64,000 nucleotides of DNA from the NCBI GenBank assembly GCA_963841435.1, contig CAWJCS010000002.1, positions 320,001-384,000 of the forward strand. Reading direction: 5' to 3'. The position numbers were made by a program, and so were the translations under genes. The notes under the pieces are model-generated. The model ran no database searches and was not told the origin of the DNA. It worked only from the letters and a program-made list of their open reading frames with translations. Shown one piece after another: positions 56,262 to 64,000 of this stretch (its first letter is position 1; each line of letters opens with the position of its first letter). The DNA is from an uncultured delta proteobacterium (lineage in GTDB: Bacteria; Myxococcota_A; Polyangia; Polyangiales; Polyangiaceae).

Positions 56262-57344
56262 ATGTTCGGTTGCGAGACCGCAGCGCTGCGGCTAACGCGA
56301 AGGGGCGTGAGGGCCCGGACGTGCGTCTTCGTTCTTGCTGGGCTCGGCGTGGTGCCGTCCGCTCGGGCCGAGCCCGCGCAGCGCGATTTTGCCTACGAGT
56401 ACCGCGCGCCCGCGGAGTGCCCGGAGGCGAGTGCCTTCGAGCAGGCCGTGCTGTCGCGGCTGCCGGCCGCGCGCGTCGTCCCGCGCGACGACGCGACGCT
56501 GGTCTTCGATGTCGAGCTCGCGTCCGGGCACGACGACTTCTCGGGCGTGCTCGTCATCGGGCTCCGCGACGGGACGCGAGTTCGGCGCGACGTGCTCGGG
56601 GGCTCGTGCGCCGAGGCCCTCTCCGCCCTTGCCGTGATCGCGGCGCTTTCTCTCGACGGCTACCGCCGCGAGCCCACGCCGCCCGAGGCACCCAACGTGG
56701 AGCCGCCGAGCAATCCCGCTCCCGCACCGCCGGCTCGAGCGCCGCGCGCCGTGCCGCGCGATCGCGAGCCCCCGCCGGTGGCCGCGCGACGGCGCGCGTC
56801 GGTCACGCCCGGACTCTTCGTGGCGGCGAGCTGGGAAAGCGCCGTGGCTCCGACCGCGCCGCTTGGCGTGCTCGGCGGTTTCGATGTCGAGCTCTCGCCG
56901 AGGGGCGTCCTCCAACCGTCGCTCCGGCTCGGCCTGCTCGGTACCGCCGCGGCCACCGAGACCGCGGGCACGGCGAGCGCGGACTTTCAGCTCGTGACGG
57001 GCCGTCTCACCGCGTGCGTCCTCGGTGTCGGGCACGTGAGCCTTTCCGCGCGCGGCTGCGTCGATCTCGACGCGGGCACGCTGAGGGCCAGGGGCTCCGT
57101 CGAAGGTGGAGCGACTCAGACGATGCCGTGGCTGGCGGCCGGGCCTTCCGCGCGTGGCGCGTTCGCGCTGACGCGCTGGCTCGCGCTCGAAGCGACCGCC
57201 GGCCTCCGGCTGCTCGCACGCAGCGATCGCTTCGTGTTCCGGCACCCGGCTCCCGACGGCATGAGCCTGCCAAGCACCGTCGTCCACGACGTGTCCGCCA
57301 TCTCGTTCGGGCTCGGCCTCGGGCTCGCCGCGCAGCTGCGTTGA
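56262..57344 (+). CDS. Secreted or outer-membrane hypothetical protein at the head of the ECF cassette; start uncertain
   Basis: Signal peptide ending ARA-EP; N-domain with ECP...SC Cys pair, Pro-rich linker, and a C-terminal region of amphipathic Gly/Ala/Leu strands (beta-barrel-like). Confidence 0.65.
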   Translation: MFGCETAALRLTRRGVRARTCVFVLAGLGVVPSARAEPAQRDFAYEYRAPAECPEASAFEQAVLSRLPAARVVPRDDATLVFDVELASGHDDFSGVLVIGLRDGTRVRRDVLGGSCAEALSALAVIAALSLDGYRREPTPPEAPNVEPPSNPAPAPPARAPRAVPRDREPPPVAARRRASVTPGLFVAASWESAVAPTAPLGVLGGFDVELSPRGVLQPSLRLGLLGTAAATETAGTASADFQLVTGRLTACVLGVGHVSLSARGCVDLDAGTLRARGSVEGGATQTMPWLAAGPSARGAFALTRWLALEATAGLRLLARSDRFVFRHPAPDGMSLPSTVVHDVSAISFGLGLGLAAQLR

Positions 57345-57484
57345 GCTGCCAAAAACGGGTGTTGGGGGTTCGAGGCGACCGCTGGTGCACGACATTTTGC
57401 GCAATCAATTCATGCCGTTCCACCCTGGGGATCGACGCGGTCGCCCGGCGACATGGGAGGATCAGCCCGGACGTTTCCCCGCTG

Positions 57485-58078
57485 ATGACGATGAGTAGCG
57501 CACGACCCACGCTCGGCATCCCGCAGGCGCTGGCCGAACGCGGCCTTCCCGAGCGCAGTGCGACCGAGGACGCGCGCGTGCGCGCCGCGTTCGAAGGACA
57601 CTTCGAGCTCGTGTGGCGCTCGCTCCGGCGCTTCGGCGTACCCGCTGGAACGGCGGACGATGCGGCGCAGCACGTCTTTCTGACGCTCGCCGATCGGCTC
57701 GGCAACGTCGAGGTCGGTCGCGAGCGCGCATTTTTGGTCGCAACGGCTGTGCGCGTCGCCGCGAACGTGCGACGCCGTTTCGAGCGGGCGCGCGAGGACG
57801 CTTTCGACGAGCTCGAGCCCCTCGCGGATCCGTGCGCGTCGCCCGAAACCCTGCTCGAAGAGAAGGACCGGCGGCTCGCGCTCGATCGAGCGCTCGCGGC
57901 GCTGCCGCTCGAGCAGCGCGCCGTGTTCGTGCTCTACGAGCTCGAAGGATTCACGTTGCCCGAGATCGCCGAGAGCCTCGCGATCCCACTCGGCACCGCG
58001 ACATCGCGATTGCGGCGCGCCCGTGATCGCTTCGAAGCCTGGGCCCTCGCCCAGGGCGGCAAAGGAACGTCACCGTGA
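57485..58078 (+). CDS. ECF sigma-70 factor
   Basis: Region 2 VWRSLRRFGV...DDAAQHVFL; region 4 LPLEQRAVFVLYELEG...EIAESLAIPLGTATSRLRRAR. Confidence 0.92.
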   Translation: MTMSSARPTLGIPQALAERGLPERSATEDARVRAAFEGHFELVWRSLRRFGVPAGTADDAAQHVFLTLADRLGNVEVGRERAFLVATAVRVAANVRRRFERAREDAFDELEPLADPCASPETLLEEKDRRLALDRALAALPLEQRAVFVLYELEGFTLPEIAESLAIPLGTATSRLRRARDRFEAWALAQGGKGTSP

Positions 58079-59010
58079 GCGAATTCCCCCGACTTCTCGA
58101 TGCGAGCCCGAACCCGCTGACGCGCGAGCTCTTGCGCTCCGGGCTCGGCGAGCGCCCTTCGTCGATCGCGGCTCGGCGCGCGGCCGTTTCGCTCGGGCTT
58201 TCGGCGGGGTTCGCGGCGAAGGCCGCGGGAGCCGCCGGAATCGGTGGTGCAGCCGTCGTGGGCGGAGGTGTCGCGGGCCCGACCGGCGCGGCGATTGGCG
58301 CGACCGTGCTCGTGAAGTGGTTCGCGCTCGGCGCCATGGCCGGCGCGCTCGTCGCGACGGGGTCGAGCCTGGTCGTGCGCGCGAACGAGGGTGGGGCGTC
58401 GCACGCGCGCGCGAACGTGGGCGAAGTGGCGGGCCCCAACGAGACGGCGCCGCCCGCCGACGAGACGGCGCCGCCCGCCGACGAGACGGCGCCGCCCGCC
58501 GACGAGACGGCGCCGCCCGCCGACGAGACGGCGCCGCCCGTCGCGAACGATGCGAACGCTTCGCCCGGAGCCGCTCCGCTTCCGCCGGGCGCGCTCGCTG
58601 ACGCAAAGGCAAGCGTCGCCCGTGGAACGGCTCGGCACGGCGCGGTGGGCGCCGAGCCCCAGCGACCGCCTCAAAATCCTCCCGCCTCTGCTGCCGCTTC
58701 GCCCGGCATGCCCGCTGTGGCTGGGTTTTCCGGGCCCAACGGAGCGCTCAGTCGCGAGCTCGAACCCATCGATCGCGCGCGTGCGGCGCTGGCGCGCGGT
58801 GCGGCGCCCGCGGTGCTCGCCGAGCTGTCGCGCTACGCAGCCGTCCGCGAGACGGGCACCTTCGATCGCGAAGCGCTGCTCCTGCGCATCGAGGCGCTGA
58901 CCTTGCTCGGCGAACGCGCTCAGGCGGCCGAGCTCGCGCGCGGCTACCTCGCGCGTTACCCCAAGGACGCCCACAGTGCGCGGCTCCGCGAGCTCGGTGG
59001 ATCCAACTGA
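58075..59010 (+). CDS. Probable anti-sigma/membrane sensor: one TM region, Pro-rich linker, C-terminal TPR-like helical domain
   Basis: GTGA overlap with the sigma gene; hydrophobic segment; ELEPIDRARAAL...EALLLRIEAL...YLARYP. Confidence 0.7.
   Translation: MSEFPRLLDASPNPLTRELLRSGLGERPSSIAARRAAVSLGLSAGFAAKAAGAAGIGGAAVVGGGVAGPTGAAIGATVLVKWFALGAMAGALVATGSSLVVRANEGGASHARANVGEVAGPNETAPPADETAPPADETAPPADETAPPADETAPPVANDANASPGAAPLPPGALADAKASVARGTARHGAVGAEPQRPPQNPPASAAASPGMPAVAGFSGPNGALSRELEPIDRARAALARGAAPAVLAELSRYAAVRETGTFDREALLLRIEALTLLGERAQAAELARGYLARYPKDAHSARLRELGGSN
58441..58540 (+). repeat. In-frame 21-bp tandem repeat (GAGACGGCGCCGCCCGCCGAC), 4 full copies plus a partial; encodes ETAPPAD
   Basis: Perfect copies read directly. 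Confidence 0.95.
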
Positions 59011-59065
59011 TGGGGATCGATCGCCCTAGGCACCCGACATGATCGAGGTGAGAGGACATCTTCAA

Positions 59066-59908
59066 ATGAGAAAGCTTCCAAGGGTGGCGTGGGTGGGTTC
59101 GGCGGTGCTCGTGTTCGCGGTGGGCTGCGAGGTCGAGCAGTCGCTCGGCGACGTGCCGATGGGGGGCGCGGCGGGCAAGGCCGTCGGCGGATCGGCCGGC
59201 AGCACGTCGCAGCCCGGCAAGGGCGGCAACGGAACGGGCGGAACGGCCGGCGCCGTGAGCGGGGGAAGCGGCGGCGCCGCTGCGGGAAGGAATGCGGGCG
59301 GCGCGGGCCCGGTTGCCGGCACCACGGGGCACGCCGGCTCAGGCCCGGCGGCGGGAAGCGGCGGAGCGATCAGCACGGGCGGGACCGGGGGCGTAGCCGG
59401 CGACGACGCGGGCGGCGATGGCGGTGAGGGCGGGGGCGACACTTGGTGCGTGGGGCCGGACAATCCGACCCTCGCCGATGCTCCGGGTTGTCCCTGCGAA
59501 CCGCAGCCGGGGGTCTGTGTCGCGATCGACAACGGCATCGCGCTGTCGCTCTGGGCTCTCGACTGCGTCAACGGCTATTGGGAGAGGGTCAACGGCGGTG
59601 CGTGCGGAGCGCTCGTGGGCAGGAGCTGCCTCGTCGGCGATCGCATCTACCACGACGGCGAGGCCGTCCCGGATCCGTACAGCACGTGCAACACGTGCCG
59701 CTGCGAGGCCGGTAAGGTGACGGGGTGCACCGAGATCGCATGTGACGCGCCGTGTGCCGAGGGCACGGAGCCGCAGGCACGCTGTCGCGAATGCGGGCAG
59801 GCCGGCGGCTGTACCATCATCGAAACGGGTTGCTTCGAGCCGTGCGACCAGACCTGCACGCTCGGTTTCTGCCTCGACGGGCTGTGCCAAGTCGGACCCT
59901 GCGACTAG
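59066..59908 (+). CDS. Cys-rich lipoprotein with Gly-rich linker containing a VWC/pacifastin-like module
   Basis: AGAGGA RBS; AVGC lipobox; CNTCRCEAGKVTGCTEIAC. Confidence 0.75.
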   Translation: MRKLPRVAWVGSAVLVFAVGCEVEQSLGDVPMGGAAGKAVGGSAGSTSQPGKGGNGTGGTAGAVSGGSGGAAAGRNAGGAGPVAGTTGHAGSGPAAGSGGAISTGGTGGVAGDDAGGDGGEGGGDTWCVGPDNPTLADAPGCPCEPQPGVCVAIDNGIALSLWALDCVNGYWERVNGGACGALVGRSCLVGDRIYHDGEAVPDPYSTCNTCRCEAGKVTGCTEIACDAPCAEGTEPQARCRECGQAGGCTIIETGCFEPCDQTCTLGFCLDGLCQVGPCD

Positions 59909-59990
59909 CGACGCGGCCCGCCGCCCTCGAGTCGTCGCGTCGTGGTTCGCGCCGCTTTTGACGTCGTTCAACCCCAGCGTGCGACAACCG

Positions 59991-60836
59991 TCAGTTTAGA
60001 TCGACGCTTTGGATGACGATGGCAAGATCGTGGAGCTCGCCTTCGGGCAGGTTCCAGTAGCCGTCGAGCTTTGCCGGCAGCGTGAGCCAACCGAACTGTT
60101 TCGGGTTCGAGCCTCTGAGGGCATAGCGCTCGAGCGCGGTCTTGCCGTCGCGGTTCTCGTGGTAGCGCGCCACCTCGACGCGGTTGAAGGCGCCGTCAGG
60201 GTGCAGAAACAGCTCGACAGAGGTGGAGAGCCCGCCGTCCGTGACGCGGTAGCGGACGCTCTCGGAGCCGGATTCCAGGAACCTCACACGTTCTTTCTCG
60301 AGCAAGAACGACGGCAGGAGACTGAGCTCCGCCGCACAGCGGGCGAACGCCGAGACGTCGAGCTCGTGTGAGTGGTCGTCGGCGATCGTCAGCAGCGACA
60401 GTGCCTTCACGCGCCGCGTGCCGTGGCCCTTCTCGTACGCATCGAGCGCGACGAGCGAAAGGCCCGGCGCGAGGCTGAGCTTGCCGTACCAAAAGAACGC
60501 GGGGGGCTCGACGCCGTAGGTGTACTCCCCTTGGATGGGCATGAACGGCCGCCTGGTGCCTGGGCGGAGGTTGCCGCCATGCAGCACGTGCGCGCTCCGG
60601 ACCCGCGGGTGACCGAGCGCGCCCGCCTTTCGCAGGTAGCGCGCGGCGGCCTCGGGCAGCGTGGCAAGATCGGCCTCCGTGACCAGCGCCGAATCGTGGC
60701 CTCCCGACGGGACGTGCTCGCGTGCGAGCGTTTCGAAGTCGTGGCGGCAGCGCCGGTCGATCAACACGAGGCCGGTCACGGTTAGCCCGACGACCGCCAG
60801 CGCGGTCAAGGCCCACATCTTCGCGCGGGGTTCCAT
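59991..60836 (-). CDS. Membrane-anchored conserved hypothetical protein (DUF6544-like)
   Basis: N-terminal TM; VTEADLATLPEAAARYLR, PPAFFWYG and DAYEKGHG patterns. Confidence 0.65.
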   Translation of the reverse strand: MEPRAKMWALTALAVVGLTVTGLVLIDRRCRHDFETLAREHVPSGGHDSALVTEADLATLPEAAARYLRKAGALGHPRVRSAHVLHGGNLRPGTRRPFMPIQGEYTYGVEPPAFFWYGKLSLAPGLSLVALDAYEKGHGTRRVKALSLLTIADDHSHELDVSAFARCAAELSLLPSFLLEKERVRFLESGSESVRYRVTDGGLSTSVELFLHPDGAFNRVEVARYHENRDGKTALERYALRGSNPKQFGWLTLPAKLDGYWNLPEGELHDLAIVIQSVDLN

Positions 60837-61136
60837 CTGCGGTCTTTAGCGCAATCCCTTCCGGGCTGCACAGGGCGTCGGTCCTTCGCGGCCGCGTTGG
60901 GCGCGGTCAACCCCTGCAAGGCGCGGCGCGCGCGAGGGCATTCGGTGAATGCAGCGAGTCGTTCGACCGGGCGAACGCGGGATGCGCCGGACGTGCTCTA
61001 AAACGCGCCCGTCGAGACAGACGCACTCAACGCAGGGACGGCGTCCATTTTCGGATTTTCTGGGCGTCGCTGGCCGACCTGTTGGCCTCGCGGCGAGCTG
61101 CGGCCGCTCGCTCGACCGCCGCCGCGACGACGGCCC

Positions 61137-61695
61137 GTGGCATCGCGAGCCCCACGTTTTTCACGCCGCCTCGCCTTGAAGGTGTTCACGCCGATCCGGA
61201 ACATCGACGCGGAGGTGCTCTGCTTCGTGTCCGTCTTCGAGCACGTCCGGAACCCACGCGAGCTCATGCGCGCGGCCGTCAACAATCCGAAAATCCGTTA
61301 CGTGTTCCTCGTTGGGCCCCTGGTGAGCCCGGCCCTTTTCATGTACCTGGGCTTCGACGACGTGTATCACCGCATGCTGAGCGGCGGACACACCCAGCTG
61401 TTCACGCCTCAATCGCTCGAGTGGCTAGAGTCCGAATTCTCGCTCGAGCGCATCGGCGAATGGTGGTTCAGCACGGATGCGCGCGTCGCGCGACGGAGCG
61501 GACCGCGAGCGCAAGATGATGGATTTCGCGAGAGCAATCCTGGTGCGGCTCGACCAGAAGAAGGTGAGCCCAAAGACACGCGCCACCTGGGAGAAGATGA
61601 TGTTCGAGTTTCTCGACGCGGCCCAGCTGGCGATCGATCGGAAGAAGCTTGCGTCGCAAGTGCACGTCGTGTTCCGGAAGCGCGCACCGGGGTAG
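61137..61695 (+). pseudogene. Remnant (C-terminal half) of a class I SAM methyltransferase-like gene, interrupted by an apparent ~37-nt insertion
   Basis: VSVFEHVRNPRELM...GGHTQLFT...EWWFSTD in one frame continues as MMDFARAIL...QVHVVFRK-stop in another; no SAM-binding motif I and no clear start. Confidence 0.6.
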
Positions 61696-61716
61696 CGCGA
61701 GCCTGGCTCGGCCGTT

Positions 61717-62802
61717 TCAGAAAGCGACCGACACGGTCGCGCCCGGCCCCCGCCACTGGACGGCGACTGCCGCGGCCGCGCCGCTCGGCCACACGAGGTA
61801 GGTGACGACGGTTCCGACGCCGAGCACGCCCGCCGCGACGAACGCGCCGAGCGCCGTCGTGTGCGAGCGATCGCGCACGTCGAGATCCGCGTTGAGCTTG
61901 GTGCACTCCGGAGGCACGAGCTCTCCGGCAGGGGGCGCACAGTACGAATGCGTCGCGCCCGACATGCCTTCCTTCCGCGCGATCGCGGCGCGCGTGTCCG
62001 ACACGCGACCGTCCGCCGCCGAGGCCCGCAGCGTGTAGCCGACGCCGATCCCGGCTGCCGCCGCCGTCAGCACGCCGCCGCCCAAAAGCACCCAGGTGGC
62101 GCCCGAGCCGGACCCTCCCGCGTCGGAGGGGACGCCGGTCGGCGGTGGCGGCGTTGGGCGCAAGCTCGGCTCGGCCTGCCCTGGCGTGGCGGTCCCCGCG
62201 CTCCCCGGGGCGACGGACAGCGAGACGGCCAAACGATCGCCAGCCGCGACCAGCGTGCGGCGGATGGGCGAAGTGATCGCGCCGAGGCGCAGCTCGAAGG
62301 CGTGCTCGCCGGGCTCGAGCCAGACATCGGTCCGGAGCGGCACCGCGCCGACCTCCCGGCCGTCGACGAACACGACCGCGCCGCCCGGCTCACCTGCGAC
62401 CCGCACGCTGCCCATGTGGCGCCGGCACTCGGCGAGGCGCTGCTCGGCGTCCGCGCGATCGGGCGGCAAGGCGTTGATGTACCGCTCCCAGTGCTCGGCC
62501 GCGTCCCGGTAGCGGCCGAGCTTCATCTCGACTTCGGCGAGCGTCGCGGCAAGGTCCTTGTCCTTTTGGAGGTCCCAGGCGCGCAGCAGGTCCTGGCGGG
62601 CACCCTCGAGATTGCCGCTGCGGTATTCGGCGATACCCTGGCGCATCAGCGCCGCAAACTCCTGCTCGTCGTCCGCCCTCGCGACAGCCGGTCCCTTCGA
62701 GCCGGTCGGGTGCTGGGCGGCTGCGGACGGTGACCACGCCGAGACCACGCCGCTGGCGAGCAGGGCACACAGGGGCGCGAGCCGGCTTCGGAGTCGAATC
62801 AT
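61717..62802 (-). CDS. Secreted TPR plus PEGA domain protein with C-terminal hydrophobic segments
   Basis: Start MIRLRSRL; TPR-like AEVEMKLGRYRDAAEHWERY; PEGA GAVVFVDGREVG...LEPGEH. Confidence 0.85.
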   Translation of the reverse strand: MIRLRSRLAPLCALLASGVVSAWSPSAAAQHPTGSKGPAVARADDEQEFAALMRQGIAEYRSGNLEGARQDLLRAWDLQKDKDLAATLAEVEMKLGRYRDAAEHWERYINALPPDRADAEQRLAECRRHMGSVRVAGEPGGAVVFVDGREVGAVPLRTDVWLEPGEHAFELRLGAITSPIRRTLVAAGDRLAVSLSVAPGSAGTATPGQAEPSLRPTPPPPTGVPSDAGGSGSGATWVLLGGGVLTAAAAGIGVGYTLRASAADGRVSDTRAAIARKEGMSGATHSYCAPPAGELVPPECTKLNADLDVRDRSHTTALGAFVAAGVLGVGTVVTYLVWPSGAAAAVAVQWRGPGATVSVAF

Positions 62803-62806
62803 GGTC

Positions 62807-64000
62807 TCAACCGCCCCCCAGGCTCTTCTCCAGCCGACGGAGCCGCTCCTCGACCGGGTCGGGGGTGGCCGGCTTCGGCCGCGACGTTGGGGGCGCCGCA
62901 GCGGGCGCCGGCGCTGTCGTGCGTTTCGCCGGGCGCGGCACGGGCACCTCTCGCGGTGACGATCTCGGCGGAGCGGCGATCGGCGCTGGCGCGGTGGCGC
63001 TCGCGGTCGACGTTGGCGCGGAGCTCGCGGCGGCCGGAGCGTCCGGCGCGCGTGCGGGCAACCCCGATGGCGGCGCCGTCGGCATCGATGCCGACGGCGA
63101 GAGCGACGGCGCCGCCGAGATCGCGATGCCGTCCGGCTGTCCAGCGAGCCCGGAGGAGCTCGTGAAATGCATGAAGGCCACGGTGCCTCCCACGGACGCG
63201 CCGATGAGACCGCTGAGCAAGAGCACCTGCCGCACCCGGTTCGGTCTCTCGCCCGGGATGCTCGGCCAGTCACGGGAGTACAGGCCGGTGGTCACGGGTG
63301 CGGCGGTCCCGGGGGTGATCACACGCTGCGTCGAGGGCGCTATGGACGGCGACGGCGACGCTGGCGCCGGTGCCGAGAGTCGCTCGGTCCTCGGAGTGAG
63401 CGGGACCGTGCCGCCGAAGCTCGCCACGGGCGCGCCCGGGGCGGCGCCGTGCGGCGCCGAAAGCCCCGGAGTGCCCAGCGGCACGAGCGGCGCCGTGCGG
63501 CGCCGCGCACCCGGGGTCGCGAGCTCCCGCACACCGACGTCCAGGCCGTGCACGTGGGCGTAGGCCGCCCAGGCGGCCGCGCACTCACGGATGGCACGGG
63601 CGAACTCTTCCATCGAACTGAAACGCTGCTCCGGAGCCTTCGCCATCGCCCGGCTGACGAGCAGCGCGACGTTGCGTGGGACGCGGGCGTCGACCTCGTC
63701 GAGCAGGGGTGTCTCGACGGAGAGCACGGCGCGCGAGATTTCCCACATCGAGGGGTGCGGCGCGTCCGTGAGCTCGGAGATCGGGTGCCGGCCGAGCAGC
63801 GCTTCGTACATGATGACGCCGAGCGCGTAGATGTCGCTGCGTGGTGTGAGCTTGTGGAGCTGAAGTTGCTCGGGGCTCATGTAGAGCACGGTACCGTGCG
63901 CGACGTCCTTGTCGGTCGTCCAGTTCGTCGCATCGGCAACCTTCGCGATCCCGAAGTCGAGGATCTTGAGCCCCTGATCGCGGGTCACGAAGAGATTCTC
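62807..64000 (-). CDS. Ser/Thr protein kinase with TM segment and Pro-rich tail; 5' end lies outside the window
   Basis: KILDFGIAK, GTVLYMSPEQ, SDIYALGVIMYE, PEQRF. Confidence 0.95.
   Translation of the reverse strand, partial: ENLFVTRDQGLKILDFGIAKVADATNWTTDKDVAHGTVLYMSPEQLQLHKLTPRSDIYALGVIMYEALLGRHPISELTDAPHPSMWEISRAVLSVETPLLDEVDARVPRNVALLVSRAMAKAPEQRFSSMEEFARAIRECAAAWAAYAHVHGLDVGVRELATPGARRRTAPLVPLGTPGLSAPHGAAPGAPVASFGGTVPLTPRTERLSAPAPASPSPSIAPSTQRVITPGTAAPVTTGLYSRDWPSIPGERPNRVRQVLLLSGLIGASVGGTVAFMHFTSSSGLAGQPDGIAISAAPSLSPSASMPTAPPSGLPARAPDAPAAASSAPTSTASATAPAPIAAPPRSSPREVPVPRPAKRTTAPAPAAAPPTSRPKPATPDPVEERLRRLEKSLGGG

Noticed and set aside
58441-58540. Possible CRISPR array
   Set aside because: Head-to-tail repeats with no spacers, in frame within a CDS, and no cas genes nearby
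2086-59571. Many Pro-rich or Arg-rich ORFs in the track (e.g. 2086-2433, 4725-5498, 8776-10641, 25442-27523, 51370-53397)
   Set aside because: They are antisense or alternate-frame shadows of real genes, expected in high-GC DNA; Gly codons read as Pro on the opposite strand, and they show no family motifs

Overview
This is a GC-rich window whose gene content points to Myxococcota, probably Polyangiales: lipoproteins with long Gly-rich tethers, a Ser/Thr kinase-PEGA pair and an ECF sigma cassette. The taxonomy is inferred, not searched. From about 2 to 48 kb lies a plant-cell-wall locus with no visible SusC/SusD or TonB-dependent receptor. It encodes about 15 predicted lipoprotein carbohydrate-active proteins (GH12, five GH30, GH39, GH8, GH5, GH62, two CE1-like esterases, an SGNH esterase, a lactonase and a CBM-like protein), most built as lipobox, Gly-rich linker, then catalytic domain, plus a XylR-type regulator. 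Embedded in it is an aromatic-acid module: feruloyl-CoA synthetase, thiolase, BzdR/BoxR-type regulator, Liv-type ABC transporter, porin, two MaoC hydratases, an SDR and a MarR. A 17-bp palindrome TATCAGG-N3-CCTGATA occurs four times and links the MarR block to a tethered esterase. From 48.8 to 53.8 kb a multidomain M12B metalloprotease is flanked by two paralogous 14-Cys lipoproteins. The remainder holds a PAP2 phosphatase, a sulfatase-fold protein, a four-gene ECF cassette, a methyltransferase remnant and a PEGA/kinase pair. Two clear single-base frameshifts (GH8, SDR) look like sequencing errors. I saw no rRNA, tRNA, CRISPR array or transposase. All family calls come from motif recognition by eye, with no database search.
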